The notes: a model not told the origin generated them from the sequence alone. Shown: positions 1 to 9,921, numbered from the stretch's first letter. The stretch: DNA of 50,236 nt from Actinomycetes bacterium (GCA_021797795.1 JAJZZB010000006.1:1-50236); one strand, 5' to 3'. Made by a program: numbers and translations.

Positions 1-355
1 AGGTCCCGAGCATGGGCGCCACGTCGGCGCCGATGATGAGGTGCAGCTCGGCCCCGGGGTACCTGCCGGCGAGCTCGGCGACGGTGTCGGCGGTGTAGGA
101 CACCCCGCCCCGGTCGATCTCGACCGCCGAGGCCTCGAGCCCCTCGTAGCCGTGCACCGCCGCCTCGACGAGCGCCAAGCGGTCCGCCGCCGGGGTGACG
201 GGCCGGGCGTCGACCTTCTGCCAGGGCTGGTTGGCCACGACGAGGAGCACTCGGTCGAGAGCGAGCTCGTGGCGGACGTTGACGGCCGCCACGAGGTGGC
301 CGACGTGGACGGGGTCGAAGGTGCCCCCGAGGATGCCGATGCGCCGCGCGCTCAA
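1..355 (-). CDS. nadD: Nicotinate-nucleotide adenylyltransferase (3' end runs off window)
   Basis: Manual translation from TTG at 355: MSARRIGILGGTFDPVHVGHLVAAVNVRHELALDRVLLVVANQPWQK...GGVSYTADT...LIIGAD; GGTFDPxHxGH motif; usual position downstream of proA. Confidence 0.95.
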   Translation of the reverse strand, partial: MSARRIGILGGTFDPVHVGHLVAAVNVRHELALDRVLLVVANQPWQKVDARPVTPAADRLALVEAAVHGYEGLEASAVEIDRGGVSYTADTVAELAGRYPGAELHLIIGADVAPMLGT

Positions 356-362
356 GGGCGGC

Positions 363-1292
363 TCAGGACCCCGTCAGGCGGGCGACGATGGGCGCGAACG
401 GCTCGATCTCCGCCTCGTGGAGGACCCAGTAGGAAAAGCCCGACTCCTCCCTGCGCCGCAGCAGCGTCTCGACGATCTCCTCCTCGGTCCCGAACAGCGC
501 GATGGGCGAGGCGGCGATCTGCTCGGGCGGGAAGCCGACGACGGCCGAGACCTCCTCGGCCACCACCTTCTCGGGACGTCCCACCTCGGCGAGGAAGACG
601 AGGCTCTGCAGCTCGATCGAGCCGAGCCGCTCGCCGGCGGCCTGTGCCACCCAGCCGACCCGCTCGGCGTAGTGGGCGGCCGTCGTCGTGGCGATGGTCT
701 CGGGCCCGACGTATCCCGAGCGCAGCGACGGGTTGATCCCGACGATGTCGGCGCTGCGGGCGGCGAGCTCGAGCACCCGCCGGCTGCCCCCGCCGATCAC
801 GAGGGGCGGCCCGCCTGGCCGGTGCGGGCGCGGGAGGCCCTGGGCGTCGGCGAGCCGGTAGTGCTCCCCCTCGAAGCTCACGCGCTCTTCGGACCAGAGC
901 GCCCGCATGACCGAGACGGCCTCCTCGAGGCGGCCCACCCTCACAGCCGGGCTGTCGTAGGCGATGCCTGCCTCGTCGTAGTCGCTCCTCATCCACCCGG
1001 CGCCGAGGCCGACCTCGAGGCGCCCCTGCGAGGCGAGGTCCAAGGTGGCGCACTCCTTGGCGAGAAGGACGGGGTGGCGGTAGTCGTTGTCGAAGACGAG
1101 CGAGCCCACCTTGAGCGTCGTGGTCGCCTCGGCGGCGACGGTGAGGGCGACGAGCGGCCCGTACTGGTCGCCCAGGTGGTCTGGCATGTAGAGCGTCGAG
1201 TAGCCGAGGTCCTCGATCTTGCGGGCCGTCTCCCGCCAGGCGGCGAGGCCGGCTGCCTTCTCGAGCTGCACGGCGAAGCGGAACGGGTGCAC
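363..1292 (-). CDS. LLM class F420-dependent oxidoreductase
   Basis: PFRFAVQL, MPDHL, FDNDYRHPVLLAKE..TLD..SQGRLEVGLGAGW, LVIGGG motifs of luciferase-like F420 enzymes. Confidence 0.9.
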   Translation of the reverse strand: MHPFRFAVQLEKAAGLAAWRETARKIEDLGYSTLYMPDHLGDQYGPLVALTVAAEATTTLKVGSLVFDNDYRHPVLLAKECATLDLASQGRLEVGLGAGWMRSDYDEAGIAYDSPAVRVGRLEEAVSVMRALWSEERVSFEGEHYRLADAQGLPRPHRPGGPPLVIGGGSRRVLELAARSADIVGINPSLRSGYVGPETIATTTAAHYAERVGWVAQAAGERLGSIELQSLVFLAEVGRPEKVVAEEVSAVVGFPPEQIAASPIALFGTEEEIVETLLRRREESGFSYWVLHEAEIEPFAPIVARLTGS

Positions 1293-1340
1293 CGACAGAG
1301 GTTAGCCAGCCTTTCGGCCCGGGTCGTTTACGCTTGCAGG
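1293..1340. promoter_or_regulatory. Divergent leaderless promoter pair (two TANNNT -10 boxes)
   Basis: TAACCT (minus, 1299-1304) lies 6 nt before GTG 1292; TACGCT (plus, 1329-1334) lies 6 nt before ATG 1341; no SD on either side. Confidence 0.65.
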
Positions 1341-2702
1341 ATGAGCCTGAGCGAGCGCGAGACGGCGTGGACGCCCTCCTCCTGGCAGAGCCGGGAGGCG
1401 CTCCAGCTGCCGACCTGGCCCGACGAGCGGGTGGCCGAGCGGGTCCACGCCGAGCTGCGGGCCCTTCCTCCCCTCGTCTTCGCCGGTGAGGCCCGGCGGC
1501 TCACCCGCGCCCTCGGCGAGGTGGCCGCAGGGCGGGCTTTCGTGCTGCAGGCGGGCGACTGCGCCGAGTCCTTCGACGACTTCTCGGCCGACTCGATCCG
1601 GGACAAGCTGAAGGTCATCCTGCAGATGGCCGTCGTGCTCACCTACGGCTCGGGCGTGCCGGTGCTGAAGATCGGCCGCATCGCCGGCCAGTTCGCCAAG
1701 CCCCGCTCGTCGGCCACCGAGCGCGTGGGCGAGATGGAGCTGCCGGTCTTCCGGGGCCACATCGTGAACGACGACGTCCCCGTCCCCGCAAGCCGGGTGC
1801 CGGACCCGACCCGGATGCTCACGGCCTACCACCAGTCCGCCGCCACCCTCAACCTGCTGCGGGCCTTCACCAAGGGGGGCTTCGCCGACCTCTCCCAGGT
1901 GCACTCCTGGAACCAGGAGTTCGTCGCCGCCAGCGCCGAGGGGCGCCGCTACGAGGCCATCGCCGGCGAGATCGACCGGGCGCTGCGCTTCATGGGCGCC
2001 TGCGGCGTCGACCTCACGACCGACTCCCCCATCCACCAGGTCGACCTCTTCACGAGCCACGAAGCGCTGCTGCTCGGCTACGAGGAGGCCCTCACCCGCC
2101 AGGACTCGCTCACCGGCCAGTGGTACGACTGCTCGGCCCACATGCTCTGGATCGGCGAGCGCACCCACCAGCTCGACGGGGCGCACGTCGAGTTCGTCTC
2201 CGGCATCGGCAACCCGATCGGCTGCAAGCTCGGCCCCACCACCACGCCCGAGCAGGTCGTGGCGCTGTGCGACCACCTCGACCCCGACCGCACGCCCGGG
2301 CGGCTCACCCTCATCGCCCGCATGGGCGCCGACTCGGTCAGGGAGAAGCTGCCCCCGCTCATCCGAGCGGTGGCGGAGTCCGGCCACTCGGCCGTGTGGC
2401 AGTGCGACCCGATGCACGCCAACACCTTCGTGAGCGAGTCCGGTCGCAAGACCCGCCACTTCGACGACGTCCTCGGCGAGATCCAGGGCTACTTCGCCGT
2501 CCACCAGGCGCTCGGGACCTGGCCGGGAGGGGTGCACGTGGAGCTCACCGGGGACGACGTCACCGAGTGCCTCGGCGGCATCGGCGACATCCTCGAGGAG
2601 CAGCTCCCCCTGCGCTACACGACGGCCTGCGACCCCCGCCTCAACGCCCGCCAGGCGATCGAGCTGGCCTTCCGCCTCGCCGAGCTGCTGCGCGCCGGCT
2701 GA
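1341..2702 (+). CDS. aroG: 3-deoxy-7-phosphoheptulonate (DAHP) synthase, class II
   Basis: WTPSSW, LPPLVFAGE, LQAGDCAESF, GRIAGQFAKPRS, WIGERT, CDPMHANT, CDPRLN; real start ATG 1341 rather than 195. Confidence 0.96.
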   Translation: MSLSERETAWTPSSWQSREALQLPTWPDERVAERVHAELRALPPLVFAGEARRLTRALGEVAAGRAFVLQAGDCAESFDDFSADSIRDKLKVILQMAVVLTYGSGVPVLKIGRIAGQFAKPRSSATERVGEMELPVFRGHIVNDDVPVPASRVPDPTRMLTAYHQSAATLNLLRAFTKGGFADLSQVHSWNQEFVAASAEGRRYEAIAGEIDRALRFMGACGVDLTTDSPIHQVDLFTSHEALLLGYEEALTRQDSLTGQWYDCSAHMLWIGERTHQLDGAHVEFVSGIGNPIGCKLGPTTTPEQVVALCDHLDPDRTPGRLTLIARMGADSVREKLPPLIRAVAESGHSAVWQCDPMHANTFVSESGRKTRHFDDVLGEIQGYFAVHQALGTWPGGVHVELTGDDVTECLGGIGDILEEQLPLRYTTACDPRLNARQAIELAFRLAELLRAG

Positions 2703-2797
2703 GAGCCGGGAGCAGGATGGGCTTCCTGGGAGTTCTGTGACAGCTGTGGACTTGGCGGGACCGGTCGCGTAAGCTTCCCACCGGCTGGTACCGCCGC

Positions 2798-5416
2798 GTG
2801 GTTCGGGGGACGCGAGGGGCTTCTCGCGACGGTGGTTCCTGGGGAAGGCGTCAATCCTGTAGGAGCTGGTTCAAAGTGGGTTCGCTTCGCGCTCGTCGGT
2901 CAACACTCTCCGTGTTCGACCATTCACTTTCCGTGATGATCTCCGCTGCGGCGGTGCTCGCCTCCCTGCTCGTGCCCCTGTGGAGTGCTCCGAGCCTGGC
3001 AGCCACGACGAGCACGGCGCCGGCCTACGACCTCGTCTCGGCGAACGGGACGGTCTCGAGCTTCGGCGGGGCGGGCAACTACGGCGGCACCCAGAACCGC
3101 AAGCTCGCCGGCCCCATCGTCTCGATGGCGACGACACCCGATGGGAAGGGCTACTGGCTGGCGGGCTCGAACGGGAGCGTCTTCAACTTCGGCGACGCCG
3201 TCTGGTACCACTCCCTCGCCTTCAAGCAGCTGTCGGGGGCGCACGCCATCGTCTCGATCGTCCCCACCGCCGACGGGAAGGGCTACTGGCTGTGTGACCG
3301 CAGCGGCCACATCACCGCCTTCGGGGACGCCCCGAAGCTCCCCTCGCTGCACGCCGGGTTCAGCCTCTACCCGATCGTCTCCTTCGCCGTCCTGAGGGAC
3401 CAGCAGGGAGCCTGGATGCTGAACAGCGCCGGCATGGTCTTCCGCATCGGCAAGGTGCAGAGCTTCGGCAACGTCCGCCACCTCGCCCTCGCCTCCCCGA
3501 TGGTCGGGATGGTGCCGACGGTCAGCGACGGCGGCTACTGGCTCGCCGAGGCGGACGGCCAGGTCTTCCCCTTCGGCGACGCCGAGCCCGCCGCCACGCC
3601 GCCGGCCACCTTCACCGGCTCGCTGGTGGGGATCACGGCCGCCCCCAGCGGTGCCGGCTACTGGGCGGCCTCGACGACCGGCTCGGTGGTGGCGAGCGGC
3701 GTCCCCTCGGAGGGAAGCCTCACCGGCCGCAGCGGTGCGCTGCAGGTCACGGCGGTCACGGCCGCCCCCTCGGTGGACCCGGCGCCCACCGACAAGCAGG
3801 TGGCCCTCGCACAGCTCGCCTACGACCTCGTCTCGGCCAACGGCACCGTCACGGGCTTCGGCGGGGCCGGCAACTACGGCGGCACCGCCGGCCGCACGCT
3901 CGCCGGGCCGATCGTCGCCATGGTTCCGACCCCCGACGGGGGCGGCTACTGGCTGGCAGGCTCGAACGGGAGCGTCTTCAACTTCGGGGACGCGCGATGG
4001 TTCGGCTCCCTCGCCGGGCGGGACCTGCAGAGCCCGAACGCCATCGTCGGGATCACCGCCACCTCGAACGGCGCCGGCTACTGGCTCTGTGACGAGAACG
4101 GGCAGATCGCCTCGTTCGGCAACGCTGCACCGCTTCCCGCCCTCCAGGCCGGACTGTCGGCCTCGCCGATCGTCGCCTGCTCGGTCCTGCCCGGCGGCAA
4201 GGGGGCATGGCTCGTCAACTCGGCCGGCGTCGTCTTCGGCGTCGGCACGACGACGCTGTACGGCGACCTCTCGGCCGCCCCGCCCGCCTACCCGATCGTC
4301 GGGATGGCGGCCACCTCGGACTCCCGGGGCTACTGGCTCGTCAACTCGGCCGGCGACGTCTACCCCTTCGGGGACGCCGGGCCGGCCGTCGCCCCGCCCT
4401 CCGGCCTCACCGGCACGGTCGTCGGCGTGGCGGCCGCCCCGGGAGGGGCCGGCTACTGGGCGGTCTCCTCCACCGGCACGGTCATCGCCGGCGGGACGAG
4501 CTCGCGGGGCGGCCTCAGCGGCGAGAGCGGGCCGCTCGCCATCACCGCCATGGCGGCGACGCGCCTGCCGTCCAGCATCCAGTCGTTCACCGGCTACCCG
4601 ACCGGGGCCATCGGCTACGACGTCAACTGGCCCCAGTGCAAGTCCTCGGACCCCTCGGCGGCCGGCGCCCTCCCCGGGCCGCCGAGCTACGTCGCCGGCT
4701 CCATGGCCTACGCCGTCGCGGTCGTCGGTGTCGACGGGTGGGCGGTCGGCTCCTACAACCCGTGCCTGGCCGCCGAGGCCACCTGGGCCTCGAAGGCGAA
4801 GGTGGCAGGGACGATGACGGTTCCACCCTACGAGCTCTACCTCTTCCTCAACTCGCCGGCATCAAACTCGACGATCGACAAGACCGGCCCGGCCGGCACC
4901 TGTGCCAACCTCGCCGCCTCCGCACGGCCCGCCTGCCTCGCCTACAACTACGGCTACAACGCCGCTCTCGACGCCGTCTCCTACGCCTCGGGCAAGGGGG
5001 CGCAGGCAAAGATCTGGTGGCTCGACATCGAGAACGACGCCTGCGCCACGGGCGAGTGGAACAACGCCGGGGCGGGCGAGTGGTGGTCGTGCAACAAGGC
5101 GCTCAACGACCGGACCATCCAGGGGGCGATCAACGCCCTGCGCCACCAAGGCCGGACGGTCGGCATCTACTCGACGGCCGTCCAGTGGCGGGGCATCACC
5201 GGCGGCTACACGCCGCTCGGCGCCCAGGTGCTGCTCTGGATCGCCGGCGCCTACTGGACCTCGCCGCCCTACCCGTCGAGCTACCACTACTACTCGACCT
5301 CCCATCTCGCAGCGTGGTGCCAGGGGAGCTACAACTTCGCCGGGGGACGGCCCGTTTTGTTGCAGGAGACGCCGGGGAGCAACGGCTACCCCTTCGATCC
5401 CGACTACGCCTGCTGA
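2798..5416 (+). CDS. Secreted protein with two GYW-repeat beta-propeller modules and C-terminal GH25-like glycoside hydrolase domain (start uncertain, possibly ~2912-2936)
   Basis: Hydrophobic signal ...AAAVLASLLVPLWSAPSLAA; repeated TPDGKGYWL..SNGSVFNFGDA blades; C-terminal GYDVNWPQC, WWLDIEN (DxE), VGIYST..QW, LWIA. Confidence 0.8.
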   Translation: MVRGTRGASRDGGSWGRRQSCRSWFKVGSLRARRSTLSVFDHSLSVMISAAAVLASLLVPLWSAPSLAATTSTAPAYDLVSANGTVSSFGGAGNYGGTQNRKLAGPIVSMATTPDGKGYWLAGSNGSVFNFGDAVWYHSLAFKQLSGAHAIVSIVPTADGKGYWLCDRSGHITAFGDAPKLPSLHAGFSLYPIVSFAVLRDQQGAWMLNSAGMVFRIGKVQSFGNVRHLALASPMVGMVPTVSDGGYWLAEADGQVFPFGDAEPAATPPATFTGSLVGITAAPSGAGYWAASTTGSVVASGVPSEGSLTGRSGALQVTAVTAAPSVDPAPTDKQVALAQLAYDLVSANGTVTGFGGAGNYGGTAGRTLAGPIVAMVPTPDGGGYWLAGSNGSVFNFGDARWFGSLAGRDLQSPNAIVGITATSNGAGYWLCDENGQIASFGNAAPLPALQAGLSASPIVACSVLPGGKGAWLVNSAGVVFGVGTTTLYGDLSAAPPAYPIVGMAATSDSRGYWLVNSAGDVYPFGDAGPAVAPPSGLTGTVVGVAAAPGGAGYWAVSSTGTVIAGGTSSRGGLSGESGPLAITAMAATRLPSSIQSFTGYPTGAIGYDVNWPQCKSSDPSAAGALPGPPSYVAGSMAYAVAVVGVDGWAVGSYNPCLAAEATWASKAKVAGTMTVPPYELYLFLNSPASNSTIDKTGPAGTCANLAASARPACLAYNYGYNAALDAVSYASGKGAQAKIWWLDIENDACATGEWNNAGAGEWWSCNKALNDRTIQGAINALRHQGRTVGIYSTAVQWRGITGGYTPLGAQVLLWIAGAYWTSPPYPSSYHYYSTSHLAAWCQGSYNFAGGRPVLLQETPGSNGYPFDPDYAC
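3023..4560 (+). repeat. Intragenic tandem duplication, period 795 nt (265 aa)
   Basis: AYDLVSANGTV..FGGAGNYGGT begins at 3023 and again at 3818 with colinear blades. Confidence 0.9.
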
Positions 5417-5429
5417 GCGCAGCCGGGCC

Positions 5430-6158
5430 TCAGGCGTCGGCCCCCGCCCAACTCGGCGGCAGGGGCAGCCGGAGGCCCCCCTCGGTGCGCCACTCGGAGG
5501 CGTCGAGGTGGCTGGCGTCGTTGTAGCGGAGGAACCACCAGCGCCGCCCGGTCCACTCCCACTCGGTGAGGGAGGAATTGTCGGCGTTGCCCCTGAGGGC
5601 CGCCCCGTTCGCGGGCAGGCCGAGGAACCGGACGACCGAGGCGCGGACGATGCCGCCGTGGCCGGCCACGACCACGAGGCGGCCCGGGTGGCGCTCCATC
5701 ACCCGATAGAGGGCCTCCTCGGCCCGGTCGAGGAAGCCGGCCCAGGACTCCCCGCCGGGGGCGAGCTCCCGGTCGTCGTCGACGCCGGGCACCTCACGGC
5801 CGTAGGTGGCCTCGTACTCGGACCAGGTCAAGCCGTCCGCCTCGCCGACGTGGCGCTCGCACAGCGAGCAGGTCGCCTCGATCCCGAGCCCGCCGAGCGC
5901 CGGTGCGAGGATCTCGGCCGTCTCGATCGCCCGGGGCAGGATGCTCGAGTAGAGGGCGGCGGCGCCGTCCAGCTCGCCGGTGCACAAGAGCCGGTCGGCG
6001 AGCGCCTCGACCTGGCGCCGGCCGTGCTCGGTGAGCCCGAGGCAGGTGTCGTGCCCGCCGAGGGTGTCCTCGGCGTTGCTCACCGCCTCGCCGTGGCGGA
6101 TGATCGCGAGCCGGGTACCGGGCGCGATCGACCGTGCGGCCGCTGCGGGTAGGTCCAT
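5430..6158 (-). CDS. Histidine phosphatase (phosphoglycerate mutase) family protein
   Basis: IIRHGEA, GLTEHGRRQ, SSILPRAIETA, PGGES, VVVAGHGG; ATG 6158 preceded by TAGCCT at 7 nt. Confidence 0.9.
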   Translation of the reverse strand: MDLPAAAARSIAPGTRLAIIRHGEAVSNAEDTLGGHDTCLGLTEHGRRQVEALADRLLCTGELDGAAALYSSILPRAIETAEILAPALGGLGIEATCSLCERHVGEADGLTWSEYEATYGREVPGVDDDRELAPGGESWAGFLDRAEEALYRVMERHPGRLVVVAGHGGIVRASVVRFLGLPANGAALRGNADNSSLTEWEWTGRRWWFLRYNDASHLDASEWRTEGGLRLPLPPSWAGADA

Positions 6159-6215
6159 GGTGTGCAGGCTAGGTGACATCTCGCGCCCCGAGGGCGGCGA
6201 GGGTTGGCGGTCGGA

Positions 6216-7721
6216 TCAGACCAGGTGCTCGACGAAGGACTCGAGCTGGCGCAGGTTGCGGCACTCGTAGACCCCGTCGCAGAACTGGGCGTAGTGGTCG
6301 ATGATCGAGTCGCCGCTCCCCCAGTAGGCCTCCGGCTCGGGGTTCAGCCAGTAGACGTGGCGTGCCCGCTGGCCCAGCTCCTTCACGACCCAGGACTCGG
6401 GCGTGTGGTAGTTCGAGCGGGCGTCGCCGAGCAGGAGGACGCTCGTCTTCGGCCCGACTTCCCCGCCCCAGCGCTGGAAGAAGACGGAGAGGGCGTGCCC
6501 GTAGTCCGAGTGCCCGTCGACCCAGACGACGTCGGCCTCCTGGTTCACCCGGTGGACGGCCTCGGTCACGGTCTCGGAGCGCTCGAAGATCTCGGTGACC
6601 TCGTCGATCCCGTCGATGAAGACGAAGCTCCGCACCTTGGAGAACTGCGACGAGATCGCGTGGACGAGGTGCAGGGTGAAGCGGGCGAAGGCGGCGACCG
6701 AGCCGGAGATGTCGGCCACCACGAAGATCTCCGGCTTGCTCGGCCGGGGATGGCGGAACCGCGGCTCGGCCGGGACACCGCCGTAGGAGAGCGAGTGGCG
6801 CACCGTCGCCCGGAAGTCGAGCGAGCCGCGCCGCAGGTGGCGCCGCTTGCGGGCGAGGCGGGCCTGCAGCTTGCGGGTGAGCGGCTGGATGGCCCGGCGC
6901 ATCATGACGAGCTCGTCGCGGGTGGCGTGCATGAAGTCGACGTCCTCGGGCAGGGGCTTTCGCAGCGACTTGGCGAGCGCCTCGGCCCCCCGGTCGGCCA
7001 CGAGGCGCCGGCGGATCTCGGCCTCGATCTCCCGGCGCAGCTCCTCGATGCGGAAGCGGTACTCGTCCTCGAGGAGCCGCTCCTCGAGGGCCGTCAGCCG
7101 GCCGAGCGCGCCGGCCCGCAGGATCGGCCCCGGCCGGGCGCCGTCCGGGCCGTCCTCTCCGGCCGTGCCGGCCTCGATGCGGGCGCGGGCCTCGCCGACG
7201 AGGCGGGCGAGAACGCCCTCCAGGTCGAGGTTGCGCAGCGTCCGGTACAGGTAGTAGGTCCCCCCGACCGGGCGGCCCGGCTCCATGCCGGCGAAGCGGG
7301 CGACGGCCAGGCGGGCGACGGCGCCGAGCATCGACTGGTCGGCGTCGCGAAGCGCCCGGTAGAGCATGGCGGCGAGCTCTTCGGGGCTCACCATCTCGAG
7401 CCCGCCGGCACCGGCATCGCCCTCTCCCCTCCCCCGCTCGGCACCCTCCGGGGCTGCCTCGCCGTCCTGCTCGGCCCCCGCCGGGCCGACGAGGTCGAAC
7501 TGGGGTCCCCGCAGGGAGAAGTAGACCTCGAAGGCGGTGTCGAAGGCGCGCCAGTGGGCCGAGGACTTGACGAGGGTGGCGCCGAGGGCGTACTTGATGG
7601 CCTGGCGGTCCTCGAGCGGCAGGTGGCCGATGGCATCGGCGGCGTCGGCCGCCTCGGTCACCGAGACCGGCAGGCCCGAGCGGCGCAGCTCGGCGACGAA
7701 GCCGGTGAGGACGTCGAGCAC
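6216..7721 (-). CDS. VWA domain-containing CoxE-like protein
   Basis: FVAELRRSGLPVS, LDFRATVRHSL, MIDAS DISGS, GHSDYG, LGDARSNY, YWLNPE, CRNLRQL. Confidence 0.92.
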   Translation of the reverse strand: MLDVLTGFVAELRRSGLPVSVTEAADAADAIGHLPLEDRQAIKYALGATLVKSSAHWRAFDTAFEVYFSLRGPQFDLVGPAGAEQDGEAAPEGAERGRGEGDAGAGGLEMVSPEELAAMLYRALRDADQSMLGAVARLAVARFAGMEPGRPVGGTYYLYRTLRNLDLEGVLARLVGEARARIEAGTAGEDGPDGARPGPILRAGALGRLTALEERLLEDEYRFRIEELRREIEAEIRRRLVADRGAEALAKSLRKPLPEDVDFMHATRDELVMMRRAIQPLTRKLQARLARKRRHLRRGSLDFRATVRHSLSYGGVPAEPRFRHPRPSKPEIFVVADISGSVAAFARFTLHLVHAISSQFSKVRSFVFIDGIDEVTEIFERSETVTEAVHRVNQEADVVWVDGHSDYGHALSVFFQRWGGEVGPKTSVLLLGDARSNYHTPESWVVKELGQRARHVYWLNPEPEAYWGSGDSIIDHYAQFCDGVYECRNLRQLESFVEHLV

Positions 7722-7728
7722 GCCCCCG

Positions 7729-8643
7729 TCAGCGCCCCGGCTCGGCCGCCGCCGAGGTGGCGGCGGCCAGCTCCTTGGCGGCCAGCTCGATGTCGGAGCG
7801 GTACTTGAGGAGCAGGTGCAGGGTGGAGCGAGCCGTCTCCTCGTCGACGGACTCGATGCCGAGCAGGACGAGGGTGCGGGCCCAGTCGAGCGTCTCGGAG
7901 ATCGAGGGGTGCTTCTTCAGATCGAGCGCCCGCAGCGAGCGGACGATGCGCGCCACCTGGTCGGCCAGCTGATCGGTGATGCCGGGCACCTTGGCGAGGA
8001 CGATCGCCCGCTCCCGCTCGACGCTCGGGTAGTCGAGGTGGAGGAACAGGCAGCGCCGCTTCAGCGCCTCGGACAGCTCCCGGGTGTTGTTCGAGGTGAG
8101 GAAGACGAGCGGGATCTGGCTGGCGACGACGGTGCCGAGCTCGGGGATGGAGACCTGGTAGTCGGAGAGCACCTCGAGCAGGAGGGCCTCGGTCTCGATC
8201 TCCACCCGGTCGACCTCGTCGATGAGCAGGACGACCGGCTCGGGCGCCGAGATCGCCTCGAGCAGCGGCCGGGTGAGGAGGAAGTCCTCGGAGAAGATGT
8301 TCTCCTCGACCTCCTCCCAGCCGGCTCCCTGCTCCACCTGGATGCGCAGCAGCTGCTTTTTGTAGTTCCACTCGTACAGGGCCTTGGACTCGTCGAGCCC
8401 CTCGTAGCACTGGAGCCGGATGAGGCGGGCGCCGGTCATGGCGGCGACCGACTTGGCGAGCTCGGTCTTGCCGGTGCCGGCGGGGCCCTCCACGAGCACC
8501 GGCTTGCCGAGGCGGTCGGCGAGGTAGACGACGCCGGCGAGGCCGTCGTCGGCGAAGTAGCCGACCCTCTCGAGGTCCCGGCGGACCTCGGCCACCGAGG
8601 AGAACCTCGGCTCGGCGTTGCTCGAGAGATCGAGTGAGCTCAC
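7729..8643 (-). CDS. MoxR family AAA+ ATPase (CoxD-like)
   Basis: EGPAGTGKTELAK Walker A, RLQCYEGLD, LLIDEVD Walker B, TSNNTRELSEALKRRC; GTG 8643 overlaps proA TGA. Confidence 0.93.
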   Translation of the reverse strand: MSSLDLSSNAEPRFSSVAEVRRDLERVGYFADDGLAGVVYLADRLGKPVLVEGPAGTGKTELAKSVAAMTGARLIRLQCYEGLDESKALYEWNYKKQLLRIQVEQGAGWEEVEENIFSEDFLLTRPLLEAISAPEPVVLLIDEVDRVEIETEALLLEVLSDYQVSIPELGTVVASQIPLVFLTSNNTRELSEALKRRCLFLHLDYPSVERERAIVLAKVPGITDQLADQVARIVRSLRALDLKKHPSISETLDWARTLVLLGIESVDEETARSTLHLLLKYRSDIELAAKELAAATSAAAEPGR

Positions 8644-9893
8644 GTCCTGATCTGACCTTCCCCGTAGACGACGTAGCGGACCGAGGTGAGCGCCGAGAGC
8701 CCCATCGGGCCCCGCGCGTGCAGCTTCTGGGTCGAGATCCCCACCTCGGCGCCGAGGCCGAGCTCGCCCCCGTCGACGAAGCGGGTCGAGGCGTTGACGA
8801 GGACGGCGGCCGCGTCCACCTCGCGCACGAAGCGCCGGGCGGCGCCGAGGTCGGAGGTGACGATCGCCTCGGAGTGGCCCGAGGAGAAGCGCCGCACGTG
8901 GGAGATGGCTCCCTCCAGGTCGTCGACGACGGCGACCGACAGCTTCAAGGAGAGGAACTCGGTGGCGAAGTCCTCCTCGGTGGCCTGCGCCATCTCGGAG
9001 AAGGCGGCCCGGGCGCGCTCGTCGCCGACGAGCTCGACGCCCGCTGCCACGAGGTCCGGCCCGGCAAGGGCGAGAAAGGACTCGGCCACCTCCCGGTGCA
9101 CCACGAGCGACTCGGCCGCGTTGCACACGCTCGGCCGGGAGGTCTTGGCGTCGAGCAGGATCGCCCGCGCCATCTCGAGGTCGGCGGCCCTGTCGACGTA
9201 GACGTGGCAGTTCCCGTCGCCGTCGACGACATAGGGGACCGTGGCGTGCTGCTCGACCATGGCGACGAGGTCGCGCCCGCCCCGGGGGACGAGGCAGTCG
9301 ATGACCCCCTTCAGCTGGACGAAGCGGCGGGCCGTCTCGTGCGAGGTGTCCTCGACGAGGAGGACCCCGTCCTCGGGAAGGCCAGCCTTCGACAGGGCCC
9401 GCCTGAGCAGCGAGACGACGGCCCGGTTGGACCCGATGGCGCTCGCCGAGCCCCGGAGGAACGCCACGTTGCCGGCCTTCACGCACAGCCCGGCGACATC
9501 GGAGGTGACGTTCGGCCGATTCTCGTAGATCACCCCGACGACCCCGAGAGGGACCCGCACCCGCTCGACGACGAGCCCGTTCGGCCGCGTCCCGCCCGAG
9601 ACGACCTCGCCCACCGGGTCGGGAAGCGCTGCCACCGCCCGCAGGCCGGCGGCCATCTCCCGGACGCGGCGCTCGTCGAGCCGAAGACGGTCGAGGACGC
9701 CGGGCGGCGTGCCGGCGGCCTCCGCCCGGGCGAGGTCGCCCCGGTTCGCCTCGACGAGCGCGCCCGGGTCGTCCTCGAGCAGGCCGGCGGCGAGCATGAG
9801 CGCCTCGTCCTTCTCCGCCCCGCTCGCCAGCCGGAGGCGCCTCGCGGCCGCGGTCGCGCGCCGGGCTAGCTCCTCGAGACCCTGCGGCGCCAT
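8640..9893 (-). CDS. proA: Glutamate-5-semialdehyde dehydrogenase
   Basis: VPLGVVGVIYENRPNVT, PRGG, GNCHVYVD, CNAAE, NASTRFVDGGELGLGAEVGISTQKLHARGPMGL. Confidence 0.97.
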   Translation of the reverse strand: MAPQGLEELARRATAAARRLRLASGAEKDEALMLAAGLLEDDPGALVEANRGDLARAEAAGTPPGVLDRLRLDERRVREMAAGLRAVAALPDPVGEVVSGGTRPNGLVVERVRVPLGVVGVIYENRPNVTSDVAGLCVKAGNVAFLRGSASAIGSNRAVVSLLRRALSKAGLPEDGVLLVEDTSHETARRFVQLKGVIDCLVPRGGRDLVAMVEQHATVPYVVDGDGNCHVYVDRAADLEMARAILLDAKTSRPSVCNAAESLVVHREVAESFLALAGPDLVAAGVELVGDERARAAFSEMAQATEEDFATEFLSLKLSVAVVDDLEGAISHVRRFSSGHSEAIVTSDLGAARRFVREVDAAAVLVNASTRFVDGGELGLGAEVGISTQKLHARGPMGLSALTSVRYVVYGEGQIRT

Positions 9894-9921
9894 GGGACCA
9901 GGGTACCTGCCCCCTCGACCG

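Noticed and set aside
195-1340. 380-aa N-terminal extension of DAHP synthase in the ORF track
   Set aside because: It is the antisense shadow of nadD and the LLM gene; homology and a leaderless -10 place the start at 1341
7729-8643. MoxR ATPase as a substitute for the missing GvpN
   Set aside because: Motifs are CoxD-type, it has its own VWA partner, and it lies 30 kb away in the core region
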